Assembly: GCA_964644695.1 (NCBI GenBank)
Contig: CAZXWN010000014.1
Coordinates: 1-64,000 of the forward strand
Reading direction: 5' to 3'
Length of the DNA stretch: 64,000 nt
DNA from: an uncultured bacterium
GTDB lineage: Bacteria; UBP4; UBA4092
Shown here: piece after piece, positions 40,619-50,308 of the stretch
Position numbering within the stretch: the first letter of the stretch is position 1
Layout of the letters: each line of letters opens with the position of its first letter
Made by a program: the position numbers and the translations under genes
Notes under the pieces: generated by a model
What the model saw: the letters and a program-made list of their open reading frames with translations, nothing else
What the model was told of the DNA's origin: nothing
Databases searched by the model: none

Positions 40619-41592
40619 TAATTTCAAAGACACCTCTCCGAATTAGTTTTGCAGGTGGAGGAACCGACTTTAAAGGTTTTTATTCCGAGGAACCTGGTGC
40701 CGTTCTAAGCACTACAATCAATAAATACATTTACATCACTGTAAATAAGAAATTTGATAATCATATTCGAGTTAGCTATTCAAAAACTGAACTGGTCGAA
40801 TCGGTAGACGAAATTCAACATGATCTCATCCGTGAATCCATGAAAATGACCGGTGTTACATCAGGGATTGAAATTACATCCATTGCTGACATTCCTTCAA
40901 AGGGAACAGGCTTGGGTTCTTCAAGTAGTTTTACTGTAGGTTTACTTAATGCCTTATATGCATATAAGGGCGAGTTTGCATCAGCAAAACGGCTGGCAGA
41001 AGAAGCCTGCCGTATTGAGATTGATATTATTGGGGAACCCATTGGCAAACAGGACCAATTTATAGCTGCTTATGGTGGGTTTAACTTTATTGAATTTCAT
41101 AATAATGAAGATGTTTATGTAGATCCCATTATCTTTAAAAAGGATATCAAGAAAAAGCTGAATGAACACTTGCTGCTTTTCTATACAGGCATTACTCGGA
41201 AGGCAAATTCAATTTTAACCGAACAATCCAATAAAGTAACAATTAATCGGTTAGTATTGTCGGCCATGTATCAACAGGCTGTAAATTTAAGGGAAATACT
41301 AATAAAAGGGGATAAACTTCATGAAGTAGGTGAACTCCTGCATGAAGCTTGGGAACTGAAGAAAAAAATGGCCAGCAAAATCAGCAATCCTGAGATTGAT
41401 GAGTTGTATGAAAGTGCCCGTAAAGCGGGGGCTATTGGTGGTAAAATATTGGGGGCCGGAGGTGGAGGCTTCTTACTCTTGTATTGTCCGGTGGCCCGAA
41501 AAGAACATGTGAGGAAAGCACTAAGTAAATTACACGAAACAGCGTTTGAATTCGAACCGCAAGGGAGCAAAATAATTTATGTCGAAGAATGA
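40615..41592 (+). CDS. hddA: D-glycero-alpha-D-manno-heptose-7-phosphate kinase (GHMP family)
   Basis: PLRISFAGGGTD, GTGLGSSS, GKQDQ, GAGGGGF. Confidence 0.88.
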   Translation: MIISKTPLRISFAGGGTDFKGFYSEEPGAVLSTTINKYIYITVNKKFDNHIRVSYSKTELVESVDEIQHDLIRESMKMTGVTSGIEITSIADIPSKGTGLGSSSSFTVGLLNALYAYKGEFASAKRLAEEACRIEIDIIGEPIGKQDQFIAAYGGFNFIEFHNNEDVYVDPIIFKKDIKKKLNEHLLLFYTGITRKANSILTEQSNKVTINRLVLSAMYQQAVNLREILIKGDKLHEVGELLHEAWELKKKMASKISNPEIDELYESARKAGAIGGKILGAGGGGFLLLYCPVARKEHVRKALSKLHETAFEFEPQGSKIIYVEE

Positions 41593-42181
41593 CAACAAAG
41601 TTGCTGAGTTTACTTTAGACTATTTCAACCAGTTAAAAAGTGTTTTAGATAATCTTCCATTAGATAAGTTAGAAGAAATAATCAATGTATTAATGAAAGC
41701 CTACCAAGAGGAAAAAACTATTTACGTCATGGGAAATGGTGGAAGTGCAGCAAATGCCTCACATATTGTGAATGATATTTCAAAAGGCACTGTAAATGAA
41801 GGCAAGAAGAGGATCAGAATAGTAAGTTTATGTGATAACATCCCGCTTATTTTGGCTTATGCCAATGATTGTGGCTATGAAAACATATTCGTAGAACAAT
41901 TAAAGAACCTGCTCCAAGAAGGCGATGTCGTTATAGCTATCAGTGGCAGTGGGAATTCACCTAATATCTTGAAAGCTGTTGAATATGCCACATCAATAAA
42001 AGCAATTACGATTGGCTTAACCGGATATGATGGGGGCAAATTAAACAAAACAGCTGACATTTCCTTGATTGTCCCCAGTTTTAGTATGCAACGAGTAGAA
42101 GATGTTCATCTGATTGTTGGACATATATTTATGTGTTATTTCAATAGTGTATATGGAACATCCTGTTCTTATAAATGTTAA
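41579..42181 (+). CDS. gmhA: Phosphoheptose isomerase (SIS domain)
   Basis: GNGGSAANASH, AND, ISGSGNSPN, EDVH. Confidence 0.88.
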   Translation: MSKNDNKVAEFTLDYFNQLKSVLDNLPLDKLEEIINVLMKAYQEEKTIYVMGNGGSAANASHIVNDISKGTVNEGKKRIRIVSLCDNIPLILAYANDCGYENIFVEQLKNLLQEGDVVIAISGSGNSPNILKAVEYATSIKAITIGLTGYDGGKLNKTADISLIVPSFSMQRVEDVHLIVGHIFMCYFNSVYGTSCSYKC

Positions 42182-42293
42182 AACCATAACTTGTTTTTGT
42201 GATGAATTGAAATAAATCATCAATGGTTAATAAAACATTGATGATTGTTATGTTTTTTATATGTAGTGTATATATTTAATGAATGGATAAAAA

Positions 42294-43445
42294 ATGACTG
42301 TTTTGATTTTGTCACCTTTTTTCTCGCCTAATGTGGGTGGGGTTGAAGCTCATCTTAATAAATTAATCAGTTGCTTACGGAAACGTGACATAAAAGTTAT
42401 CGTTTTAACATATCAACCACTGACCACACCCGTAAAAGGTCTCCCTGTAGAGAAAAGGGATGGCGTAGAGATCAGACGAATCAACTGGTTTGGAATTGGT
42501 CTATTCCATAAATTAGAGCCCTACCCAATCATTGAATTACTTTATTTAATCCCCGGCCTTTTAATAAATTGTATAGGGTTTTTCTTAACCCGAAGAAATG
42601 AGATTGATGTAATACATGCCCATGGATTTGTCTGCTCATTGATTACCCGCCTGTTAAAACCTATTCATCGAAAAAGAATGGTCGTCAGTACCCACGCAAT
42701 TTATCACTTAGAGGATCGTTTTTTAATGCGTACCTTTGTACGGTGGATTTTAAAGCCTTTCGACAAAATTTTAGCAGTAGGCACTCCTTCCAAAAAAGAG
42801 TTAATTGCAATTGGATTGGATAAAAATAAAATTGACATCCATCCTAACTGGATCGATTTAGATGCAATCAAGCCATTTGACTCACAAATGATGCGTAAAG
42901 AGTTAAATCTTCCTGAGGGTTTTATTGTTTTATTCCTTAGCAGAATGATTGATAAAAAAGGGGTTACAGTCCTTCTGGAAGCAGCAAAGCAACTCTCGCC
43001 TTCAATTTCATGGGTGTTTGTTGGTGATGGACCAATGGCCCCGGTCATTCAGGAAGAAGCAAAAGAGCATAAAAACATTATTTTTGTAGGTCGTATCCCT
43101 AACAATGAATCAGATAAGATTCCAAAATATTATTCTGCCGCAAGTCTATTTGCCTTACCTTCACAATACGAGGAAGGTTTTGCTGGGGCTCCTTTGGAAG
43201 CATTGGCGTGTGGAACGCCTGTTTTAGGTAGTAATAAAGGCTGTTTCCCTGTCGATATTTTAGATGAAACGGTTGGAGTAATGGTCGAACCTGATGTATC
43301 ACACGTTACAGCTGCTATAAAAGACCTTTATGATCATCCGGATAAATTGGCTAATCTCCGGAAGAATTGCCGAGAATATGCACTGAGAAAATTCAGTGAG
43401 AAAAATGTAGAAGTAATTGTTGCCAGTTATCATATAGAAAGTTAA
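42294..43445 (+). CDS. GT4 glycosyltransferase
   Basis: GGVE, HAHG, KKG, EEGFAGAPLEALACG. Confidence 0.9.
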   Translation: MTVLILSPFFSPNVGGVEAHLNKLISCLRKRDIKVIVLTYQPLTTPVKGLPVEKRDGVEIRRINWFGIGLFHKLEPYPIIELLYLIPGLLINCIGFFLTRRNEIDVIHAHGFVCSLITRLLKPIHRKRMVVSTHAIYHLEDRFLMRTFVRWILKPFDKILAVGTPSKKELIAIGLDKNKIDIHPNWIDLDAIKPFDSQMMRKELNLPEGFIVLFLSRMIDKKGVTVLLEAAKQLSPSISWVFVGDGPMAPVIQEEAKEHKNIIFVGRIPNNESDKIPKYYSAASLFALPSQYEEGFAGAPLEALACGTPVLGSNKGCFPVDILDETVGVMVEPDVSHVTAAIKDLYDHPDKLANLRKNCREYALRKFSEKNVEVIVASYHIES

Positions 43446-43510
43446 ATAGAATAAATTGTTTTAATGTAATAATAAACACAAAAGTTCATATGAATGGATT
43501 CTTGACAGTG

Positions 43511-44320
43511 ATGACAGATGAAAAAAATAAACCGGTATCTTCATCCTTATATGATGAAGATTATTATAAGGAAAAATGTCGAGGGTTTGAGCAATTCGAT
43601 AAAGGTGACATACATCCAGCAATAAAATATGCTTTAGATTTAATACAGGAAAAACCAGGAGTAGTCTTGGATCTTGGGTGTGGACGTGGAGACTTAGTAT
43701 ATGCAGCAGCAATGGCAGGGCATCAAGTCTATGGGATTGACTATTCAGAAGCTGCAATCGGAATAGCAAAAAAAAGACTCGAAATATGTTCTCCGGAAAT
43801 ACAGAAGAGAGTTACATTAGCAGCAATGGATGCGAAAAACTTACAGTTTCCTGACAACACCTTTGATTACATCTTTGCATTAGATATAGTTGAACATTTG
43901 CATCAATGGGAACTAGTTATTGCGTATCAAAATCTTTTCAGAGTGTTAAAACATGACGGGAAATTGATTGTACATACAAGTCCCAATAAAACAGCGATGA
44001 TACCAGCATATACAGCCATGAAACTATTTGGTATGAACTGGGGCAGTCAAGAATATCATGTAAATGAGCAAACATATCAAAGCCTAAAAAAAGACCTTGA
44101 ACAACAACATTTTTCATTCAAAATATGGATTCTAAAAGATAGGCATTTTTGGACAAATTGTATTAAACATAGAAACTCATCTATATTTAACTTCTTTGCA
44201 AAAATCTATGATTTTTTGTTAGACAATCCTGTATCAGAGATACTTATCACCAAAACCAGTCTAATTAGATTGTTTGGTAATGACATATGGGCCATTATTA
44301 CTAAAGAGGATAAACCATGA
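43511..44320 (+). CDS. Class I SAM-dependent methyltransferase
   Basis: LDLGCGRG, GIDYS, FDYI, VEHL; start may be 43490. Confidence 0.88.
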   Translation: MTDEKNKPVSSSLYDEDYYKEKCRGFEQFDKGDIHPAIKYALDLIQEKPGVVLDLGCGRGDLVYAAAMAGHQVYGIDYSEAAIGIAKKRLEICSPEIQKRVTLAAMDAKNLQFPDNTFDYIFALDIVEHLHQWELVIAYQNLFRVLKHDGKLIVHTSPNKTAMIPAYTAMKLFGMNWGSQEYHVNEQTYQSLKKDLEQQHFSFKIWILKDRHFWTNCIKHRNSSIFNFFAKIYDFLLDNPVSEILITKTSLIRLFGNDIWAIITKEDKP

Positions 44321-45477
44321 AAATCCTACTAATGACACCCGCTATTGTTGGTATAAATCCCGGGTTAACCGGCGGTGAAATGCGCTTTATTGAAATCATG
44401 CGAGGCTGGCTGGATGCTGGTCATGAAGTCCATATGTACACATCATTGGGTGGAAAGAATTTATGTGAAAGTTTAGGGATTCAAGGAGTCACCTATCACA
44501 TTATCTCCGAGTCAGCTCGTGAAAATCGATGGGCCTTTATTCTCAGAACACTTAAAATATTATTTTCGAGAGCTAAGGAATTAGAAAAAATAAAATTTGA
44601 TATTGTCTATTCACCCTCGGAACAGATGTACGATGTCATTCCCGCATGGCGCTTGAAACGACGATGGGGTTCCCAATTAAAATGGGCTACCGTCGTTCAC
44701 TGGCTGCCCCCATTTCCGCCATGGAAGAGACAATCATCCAATATAATTAATTCCACACTGTTTTTCATCAGTGAGCGAATCGGAGTCAATCTGGCCCGCA
44801 AGAGTGGCGATGTTTTACTTCCCGTATCCACAAGCACATTAAAACAACTGCAGGATGTTTTTGGGGAAAACCCAAAATTTCAACCGGTCGATTGTGGTGT
44901 CGACCTGAAGCAAATAGATGGAATAGTACAAAAAGTCACAACAAAACAATATGATGCTGTTTTTATGAAACGGCTGCAGGCAGTAAAAGGTATCTTTGAT
45001 TTAATCAAGATTTGGGAGAAAGTCGTCGCACATAAACCTGATGCCAAACTGGCAATTATTGGTTCTGGAATTGACGGAGAAAAGGCCCGCCAAATAGTTA
45101 AAGAGATGGGACTGGATAAAAACATTGAGTTCAAAGGTGTCATTTATGACATGAAAGAAAAGTTCTCCATTATTGCTCAGTCCAAACTCTTTGTACTGCC
45201 TACCTATGAAGAAAACTGGGCTATTGTAATTGGAGAGGCAATGGCAGCGGGTGTGCCTGTCATATCATATGGATTAGCGGAACTGGTTGAAGTGTGGAAA
45301 ACCCATTTTGTTCCAATCCCGGTAGGAGATATTGATGCCTTTGCGCAGGCCATTATTGATCACCTGGATAATCCAGAAAAATGTCATACTCTCAGCAAAT
45401 CCGCACTGGCCTTCATGGAAAGATATGATTGGTCAAGAATAGCAACAAGCGAGTTGGAAATTATTAAAAAATCATAG
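44317..45477 (+). CDS. GT4 glycosyltransferase
   Basis: GGE, VKG, EENWAIVIGEAMAAG. Confidence 0.88.
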   Translation: MKILLMTPAIVGINPGLTGGEMRFIEIMRGWLDAGHEVHMYTSLGGKNLCESLGIQGVTYHIISESARENRWAFILRTLKILFSRAKELEKIKFDIVYSPSEQMYDVIPAWRLKRRWGSQLKWATVVHWLPPFPPWKRQSSNIINSTLFFISERIGVNLARKSGDVLLPVSTSTLKQLQDVFGENPKFQPVDCGVDLKQIDGIVQKVTTKQYDAVFMKRLQAVKGIFDLIKIWEKVVAHKPDAKLAIIGSGIDGEKARQIVKEMGLDKNIEFKGVIYDMKEKFSIIAQSKLFVLPTYEENWAIVIGEAMAAGVPVISYGLAELVEVWKTHFVPIPVGDIDAFAQAIIDHLDNPEKCHTLSKSALAFMERYDWSRIATSELEIIKKS

Positions 45478-45612
45478 AAACACATTTTGGATTTTATTTA
45501 TTAAGGTGGTGTATGTTCATAAAAAAGGCACCTCCTTAAACAACACATAAGTAAAACTACGGTGTCACCAGAGACATCGTTCCAAATAGAAGGAACCCGA
45601 ATCAAACCAAAT

Positions 45613-45963
45613 TTATCGGTATTCTTCCAAGGTATTACCGCAATTGGGGCAGCCGATATAATAAAATGCGGAACCTGTTTCAGCGGAACACCGGAAACTC
45701 AAAACCATGTGTTCATGCTGACAGGAAGTGCAAGTCATATCTTCCATGCGGGCATCTAAATCTACCAAAAATGCGACCGCATCCAGTGATTCCCGGGTGA
45801 TCGGATAAACGGCATCACAATCCCTGCAAACAACAATGGGATAGTCGCCTTTCACCAGCTTTAAGCTTCGGGATTCACAATTAGGACAGATCTTTCCGGT
45901 AAGACTTTGGGTTAATGTTTCCAACCCATTATCATTATCAGTTTTGCGAGAAATTGAGTACAT
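45613..45963 (-). CDS. Small double zinc-ribbon protein
   Basis: Four CxxC pairs (CPNC, CRDC, CTSC, CPNC) in 116 aa; GAGG RBS. Confidence 0.7.
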   Translation of the reverse strand: MYSISRKTDNDNGLETLTQSLTGKICPNCESRSLKLVKGDYPIVVCRDCDAVYPITRESLDAVAFLVDLDARMEDMTCTSCQHEHMVLSFRCSAETGSAFYYIGCPNCGNTLEEYR

Positions 45964-46203
45964 TTAGTACAACCTCAACCAATAAAATATGAAATACAAT
46001 CATGCATTCCGGTTTGAATTTTACCACGATTAATATGGCTTGCAAGACCTTTTTTAAGTCTGCGAATTAACACTCTGATTCTCTGAATCTTATCTTTTGC
46101 AACATTTTACCAGCCATACAATCCAACGCTGTCAATGAATTTACTCTATCCAGGAAAACCCCTTGACTTTTCCCCCGGCTCCAGCTCCGGTTCCGAAGGA
46201 GAA

Positions 46204-46250
46204 ACGAATCGGGTACGGACTTGTTCCGAGCAGCTCCGTTACGGCTTCGT
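46204..46250. repeat. Dispersed phased palindromic motif, copy C
   Basis: ACGAA tcgggt ACGGA cttgttccgagcagc TCCGT tacggc TTCGT; overlaps the stop codon of 46239..47441. Confidence 0.75.
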
Positions 46251-47441
46251 CGCAAAACTTTCGACTAACGCCCAGTGAGTAGCTCCATGTCCTGCCCAGG
46301 ATAGTGGAATGAGTGGATATGGATAATTAGGAATTGAGAGGCAGGCATCAAATACAGGCCATTGGGTAGGAATTAAGAATAAGTTTTCATGATGAGGGAT
46401 TTGACCATATCCGGGTAACACCATTCCCTGACTGGAAGGTGCTGCATCACAGAAATCTTTCTGAGGATAAGGATTTTCTTTGGCAATTTGAAGTATCACT
46501 TTAACACCTTGAGATAATAAGGGTTCTACAACTGTATCAGGATAATAGTTATAATCCAGAAGAATCTGCAGGTCGCAAGATGACAGACTGTTCGCCGTCA
46601 GGAATGATTCCGGTGTAAATTGATTATACGGAAGATTCATTGCCCAATGTCCTGCCACCGTTTCATTAACAAATCGGCCGGAGTTCCGAACATCATTAAT
46701 TACATGAGCAGCTTTTTCAATATGTTCATTAGAAATAAATCCAATATTTTTCAGAAATAATTCAGATAACTGGTCCCATAATTCCAAAGGATGTGCAGGT
46801 TTATCTACGACTCCCTCCTGCCAAAACCTTGATTTAAAACACTGCCCGTTCCAAGCCATCCCACGGGGATGAGTGATTGACACCAGAACATTCGGCATCC
46901 GACCCCGCCTTCGGCAAGCATCGACAAAGGCTGCATTAACCAACCATAAGTTGAGTATATTTGCCATTCCGGTCAAACACCCTACCCGTTTTCCGGTACC
47001 GACTTCTGTAAACAACCCATCCAAACCGTTGGGGGAAGGAATCAGAATAATCTGGTCATCCCGAAGAGTATGTTCCATCAACTGAGATTCAGCACCCTCT
47101 TCAGCAATCAAAATCACCAGTGTACCTTGATGTAATACAGGTTTCAATAATTCCAGACGATCTGGATTCGTTGGATCATCATACTCAAAACCCGCCAAGA
47201 CCACATCTTTTTCATCCAGGATTACTTCGGGTGTCAGTTTTCGAATCATGGATAAACCACCCGCCCGATGAACAGCTTCCCGCCAAAATCCATAATCCCC
47301 CGTCGCATATACTTCACCACCCCGAACCAGTAATTGTTCCGCCCAGGCCTCTCCTGCCTGTTCAAACACATCCCGCATCTGCTGATTCCAAATCAACAAA
47401 TCCTTAAGTAATTCGATGGTCTTCATCAGAAGCGCCTCCAT
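46239..47441 (-). CDS. Hypothetical protein, possibly tandem SIS-like domains
   Basis: Long ORF coupled to the nucleoside hydrolase; GGEVYATG...EAVHRAGGL resembles the SIS-family RAGGL motif. Confidence 0.5.
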   Translation of the reverse strand: MEALLMKTIELLKDLLIWNQQMRDVFEQAGEAWAEQLLVRGGEVYATGDYGFWREAVHRAGGLSMIRKLTPEVILDEKDVVLAGFEYDDPTNPDRLELLKPVLHQGTLVILIAEEGAESQLMEHTLRDDQIILIPSPNGLDGLFTEVGTGKRVGCLTGMANILNLWLVNAAFVDACRRRGRMPNVLVSITHPRGMAWNGQCFKSRFWQEGVVDKPAHPLELWDQLSELFLKNIGFISNEHIEKAAHVINDVRNSGRFVNETVAGHWAMNLPYNQFTPESFLTANSLSSCDLQILLDYNYYPDTVVEPLLSQGVKVILQIAKENPYPQKDFCDAAPSSQGMVLPGYGQIPHHENLFLIPTQWPVFDACLSIPNYPYPLIPLSWAGHGATHWALVESFATKP

Positions 47442-47459
47442 GAGTATCAGGATAATTTT

Positions 47460-48410
47460 CTATGCTTGATTAGCAGGATACTGTTCCAATTGTTGGATAA
47501 ATTTCTGGATGAACAATTCTCGATTTACATCCAATACGACATCGACATTAAACAGCTGATTTCTTCTTCGACTAAAATCTATCACGGTTGCTCCGGTCGT
47601 GAATTCACCAAACACCTCAATATCCACATGATATTTCTCTGTTTTAAATATCTCAGGATATAGCAACCACATCACTGTACAGGGGTCATGTAGAGGAATC
47701 CCCGGCAGCCCAATCTTTTTATGGTATTGCCCGAAATACTCCAGTAATTCGCCCACCAAACACTTTACCCTGTGTTCCGACTGGGTCAACGGGTGGACTT
47801 CCTCAGGATAAATCAAGGCTTTATGTGTTACATCCAATCCACACATGGTGATAGGGATTCCAGAGTTAAACACAACTTGAGCCGCTTCAGGGTCAACCCA
47901 GATATTAAATTCCGCGGCGGCAGTCCAGTTCCCGCCTTGCCCCGATCCCCCCATTAAAACGATTCGATGAATCCGGTCATGCAATTCAGGATATGCCAAA
48001 AGAAACACGGCAATATTCGTTAAAGGTCCCGTGGGCACCAAAGTTACTTTATCCTGACTGCGCCGAATCTTATCCGCCATTAACTCAAAAGCATTTTTAT
48101 CAGGAATAGTCCCGAATGTTGGTTCTGCAATATAGGGACCTTCTAATCCACTGTCTCCATGAACCTCGGGCGCTGACCGTAATTGACGCAACATAGGTTT
48201 CGAACTGCCAGCAGCCACATCCACCTGCACGCCAAGAAACGATAATATCCTCAATGCATTATGAGTCGTTTTGTCCAAAGATTGATTACCAGCTACCGTC
48301 GTTACAGACAAAACTTCAAGTTCATCGGGAGCTGAAAATGCCAACATCAGATTTATTGCATCATCATGGCCAGGATCACAGTCTATTAGAATCGGTTTTC
48401 GCACACACAT
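47460..48410 (-). CDS. Nucleoside hydrolase (IU-NH/RihA family)
   Basis: DCDPGHDD, VAGN, VHG..GL, TGPLTN, MGG, AEFN, LHDP; start 48410 or 48404. Confidence 0.93.
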   Translation of the reverse strand: MCVRKPILIDCDPGHDDAINLMLAFSAPDELEVLSVTTVAGNQSLDKTTHNALRILSFLGVQVDVAAGSSKPMLRQLRSAPEVHGDSGLEGPYIAEPTFGTIPDKNAFELMADKIRRSQDKVTLVPTGPLTNIAVFLLAYPELHDRIHRIVLMGGSGQGGNWTAAAEFNIWVDPEAAQVVFNSGIPITMCGLDVTHKALIYPEEVHPLTQSEHRVKCLVGELLEYFGQYHKKIGLPGIPLHDPCTVMWLLYPEIFKTEKYHVDIEVFGEFTTGATVIDFSRRRNQLFNVDVVLDVNRELFIQKFIQQLEQYPANQA

Positions 48411-48563
48411 CACCTTCCAAGGATTACATTTATTGTCCCATCCTAGTGAAATCAGCCCCCGCATGCAACCATTTCACTTCAGTTTTCCTTTCAAAGCAGC
48501 TTAATGATAGAATAAAAAGGTAGCGAGTACTCGAAAACTCCCCCTATTACAAAGGAGATTGTC

Positions 48564-49493
48564 ATGAAAGTTACGATTATTGGTGGAGCCGGACGCGTTG
48601 GTTCCAATGCAGCATATGCCCTGCAAATCGGTGGCATTGTTAAAGAATTAGCCCTCGTAGATGTAGCTACTGAAGTAGCCGCTGGTGAAGCTCTGGACCT
48701 GCTCCATGGTTCCTCCCTGACTGCTTCTCAAGTTATACGGGGTGGTGGTTATGAAGTGGCTGAAAACTCCGATATGGTGATTGTCACAGCAGGGTTACGC
48801 CGGAAACCGGATGAAAGCCGACTTCAACTCATCAACAGAAATGTTTCTCTCTTTAAAAATATTTGCAGCGAAATCGCCAAGTTAAAACTGGCTGAGAACT
48901 GGATTCTCTTTGTGGTTGCCAATCCAGTGGATGTCCTGACTTATTTGGGTCGGGAAATCCTGAACCTGCCAGCCAACCGAGTCGTCGGTCTGGGAACTGT
49001 CCTTGATTCCAGCCGCTTCCGTAGCATGATTGCTGACAACCTTTCACTGGATGCCACTCAGGTAGACGCACTAATTCTCGGTGAACATGGTGATTCCATG
49101 ATCCCCGTCTGGTCCACAGCTGCTGTCAATGGCACACTGCTGGAATCCTTCCCCGGAGTAGATGCTCAGTGGAAAGAAGATATCTATGACCGTACTAAAA
49201 AAAGCGGTGCTGAAGTCATTAAACTTAAAGGCGGAGCTGGATATGCCGTCGGCCTTTCAATTAAGACTGTCGTAGAAGCTATCGCCCTTGATAAAAAGGC
49301 CGTCCTGCCGGTCTCCAGCCTCCAGGATGGTTCCGTTTATGGGATTAAAGATGTTTGCCTCTCAGTGCCAACTGTTGTTGGGAAAAATGGCGTTGAGAAG
49401 CTCATCCAACCCAAATTGACTGAGGCTGAAATTGCCGGCTTACAGAACTCCGGTAAGGTACTTAAGGAAACCTTAAGTCAAATTGAAAAATAA
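48564..49493 (+). CDS. mdh: LDH-like malate dehydrogenase
   Basis: GGAGRVG, AGLRRKPDESR (Arg at the specificity position 102), NPVD, LDSSR, GEHGDS. Confidence 0.75.
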   Translation: MKVTIIGGAGRVGSNAAYALQIGGIVKELALVDVATEVAAGEALDLLHGSSLTASQVIRGGGYEVAENSDMVIVTAGLRRKPDESRLQLINRNVSLFKNICSEIAKLKLAENWILFVVANPVDVLTYLGREILNLPANRVVGLGTVLDSSRFRSMIADNLSLDATQVDALILGEHGDSMIPVWSTAAVNGTLLESFPGVDAQWKEDIYDRTKKSGAEVIKLKGGAGYAVGLSIKTVVEAIALDKKAVLPVSSLQDGSVYGIKDVCLSVPTVVGKNGVEKLIQPKLTEAEIAGLQNSGKVLKETLSQIEK

Positions 49494-49511
49494 CAGAAAA
49501 TAAGTTAACTT

Positions 49512-49546
49512 AAAGGCGGGGAGCCACACAGGCCCCGCCTTTCTTC
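49512..49546 (+). terminator. Intrinsic terminator after mdh
   Basis: AAAGGCGGGG...CCCCGCCTTT followed by CTT. Confidence 0.7.
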
Positions 49547-49578
49547 ATGCCTATGGATAATGAAAGGATTCTAAACCC

Positions 49579-50235
49579 ATGAAGTTGAAATGGTATGGAC
49601 ATAGTGCTTTCCGGCTGACCGACAGCCGAGGTATTAATGTTATTATGGACCCCTATGAACCCGGTTGTTATGATGGGGAAATTGGTTACGACGCTATCCA
49701 TGAAGGAGCAGAAATCGTCACCTGCAGTCATTCCCACCCAGACCATTGTTACCATCAAGGTATTTCTGGAAATCCCCTGGTTATTACCCGGCCCTGCGCT
49801 CAGGTTATAAGACAGATCAAAATCGAGGGTGTGGGTGCCTGGCATGATAAAAGCAAAGGTAAAGAACGCGGACCGGTGGTTGTCTTTAAAGTCGTCATGG
49901 ATGATGTGAGAATCTGTCACCTCGGGGATATTGCTCATCTCCTCCCGGAAAAAGACCTGAATTATCTCAAACCTATTGATGTTCTCATGATTCCAGTCGG
50001 TGGACACTTTACGATTGATGCCGAAGAAGCGGCAGAAATGGTTCGGTTGTTACAACCTAAAATAATTATCCCGATGCACTATAAAACCCCAAAATGTAAC
50101 TTTCCAATTGCGTCCGAGAATGTTTTCACTTCCAAATTTACTAAAGTTAAACACATCAATACCAGTGAAGTCGATATTAACCGGGATAATATCCCTCAGG
50201 AACCTGAAATATGGAACCTCACTTATGCGGGCTAA
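49579..50235 (+). CDS. MBL-fold metallo-hydrolase
   Basis: GHSAF, DPY, SHSHPDH, HLGD, PMHY. Confidence 0.9.
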   Translation: MKLKWYGHSAFRLTDSRGINVIMDPYEPGCYDGEIGYDAIHEGAEIVTCSHSHPDHCYHQGISGNPLVITRPCAQVIRQIKIEGVGAWHDKSKGKERGPVVVFKVVMDDVRICHLGDIAHLLPEKDLNYLKPIDVLMIPVGGHFTIDAEEAAEMVRLLQPKIIIPMHYKTPKCNFPIASENVFTSKFTKVKHINTSEVDINRDNIPQEPEIWNLTYAG

Positions 50236-50260
50236 CCAACTGCGTTTATTTTCAAAAATA

Positions 50261-50296
50261 AAAAAAGAGAGTCTTCTAATTGGAAGACTCTCTTTT
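50261..50296. terminator. Bidirectional intrinsic terminator
   Basis: AAAAGAGAGTCTTC...GAAGACTCTCTTTT between convergent genes. Confidence 0.85.
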
Positions 50297-50308
50297 CATT
50301 TTCACCTT

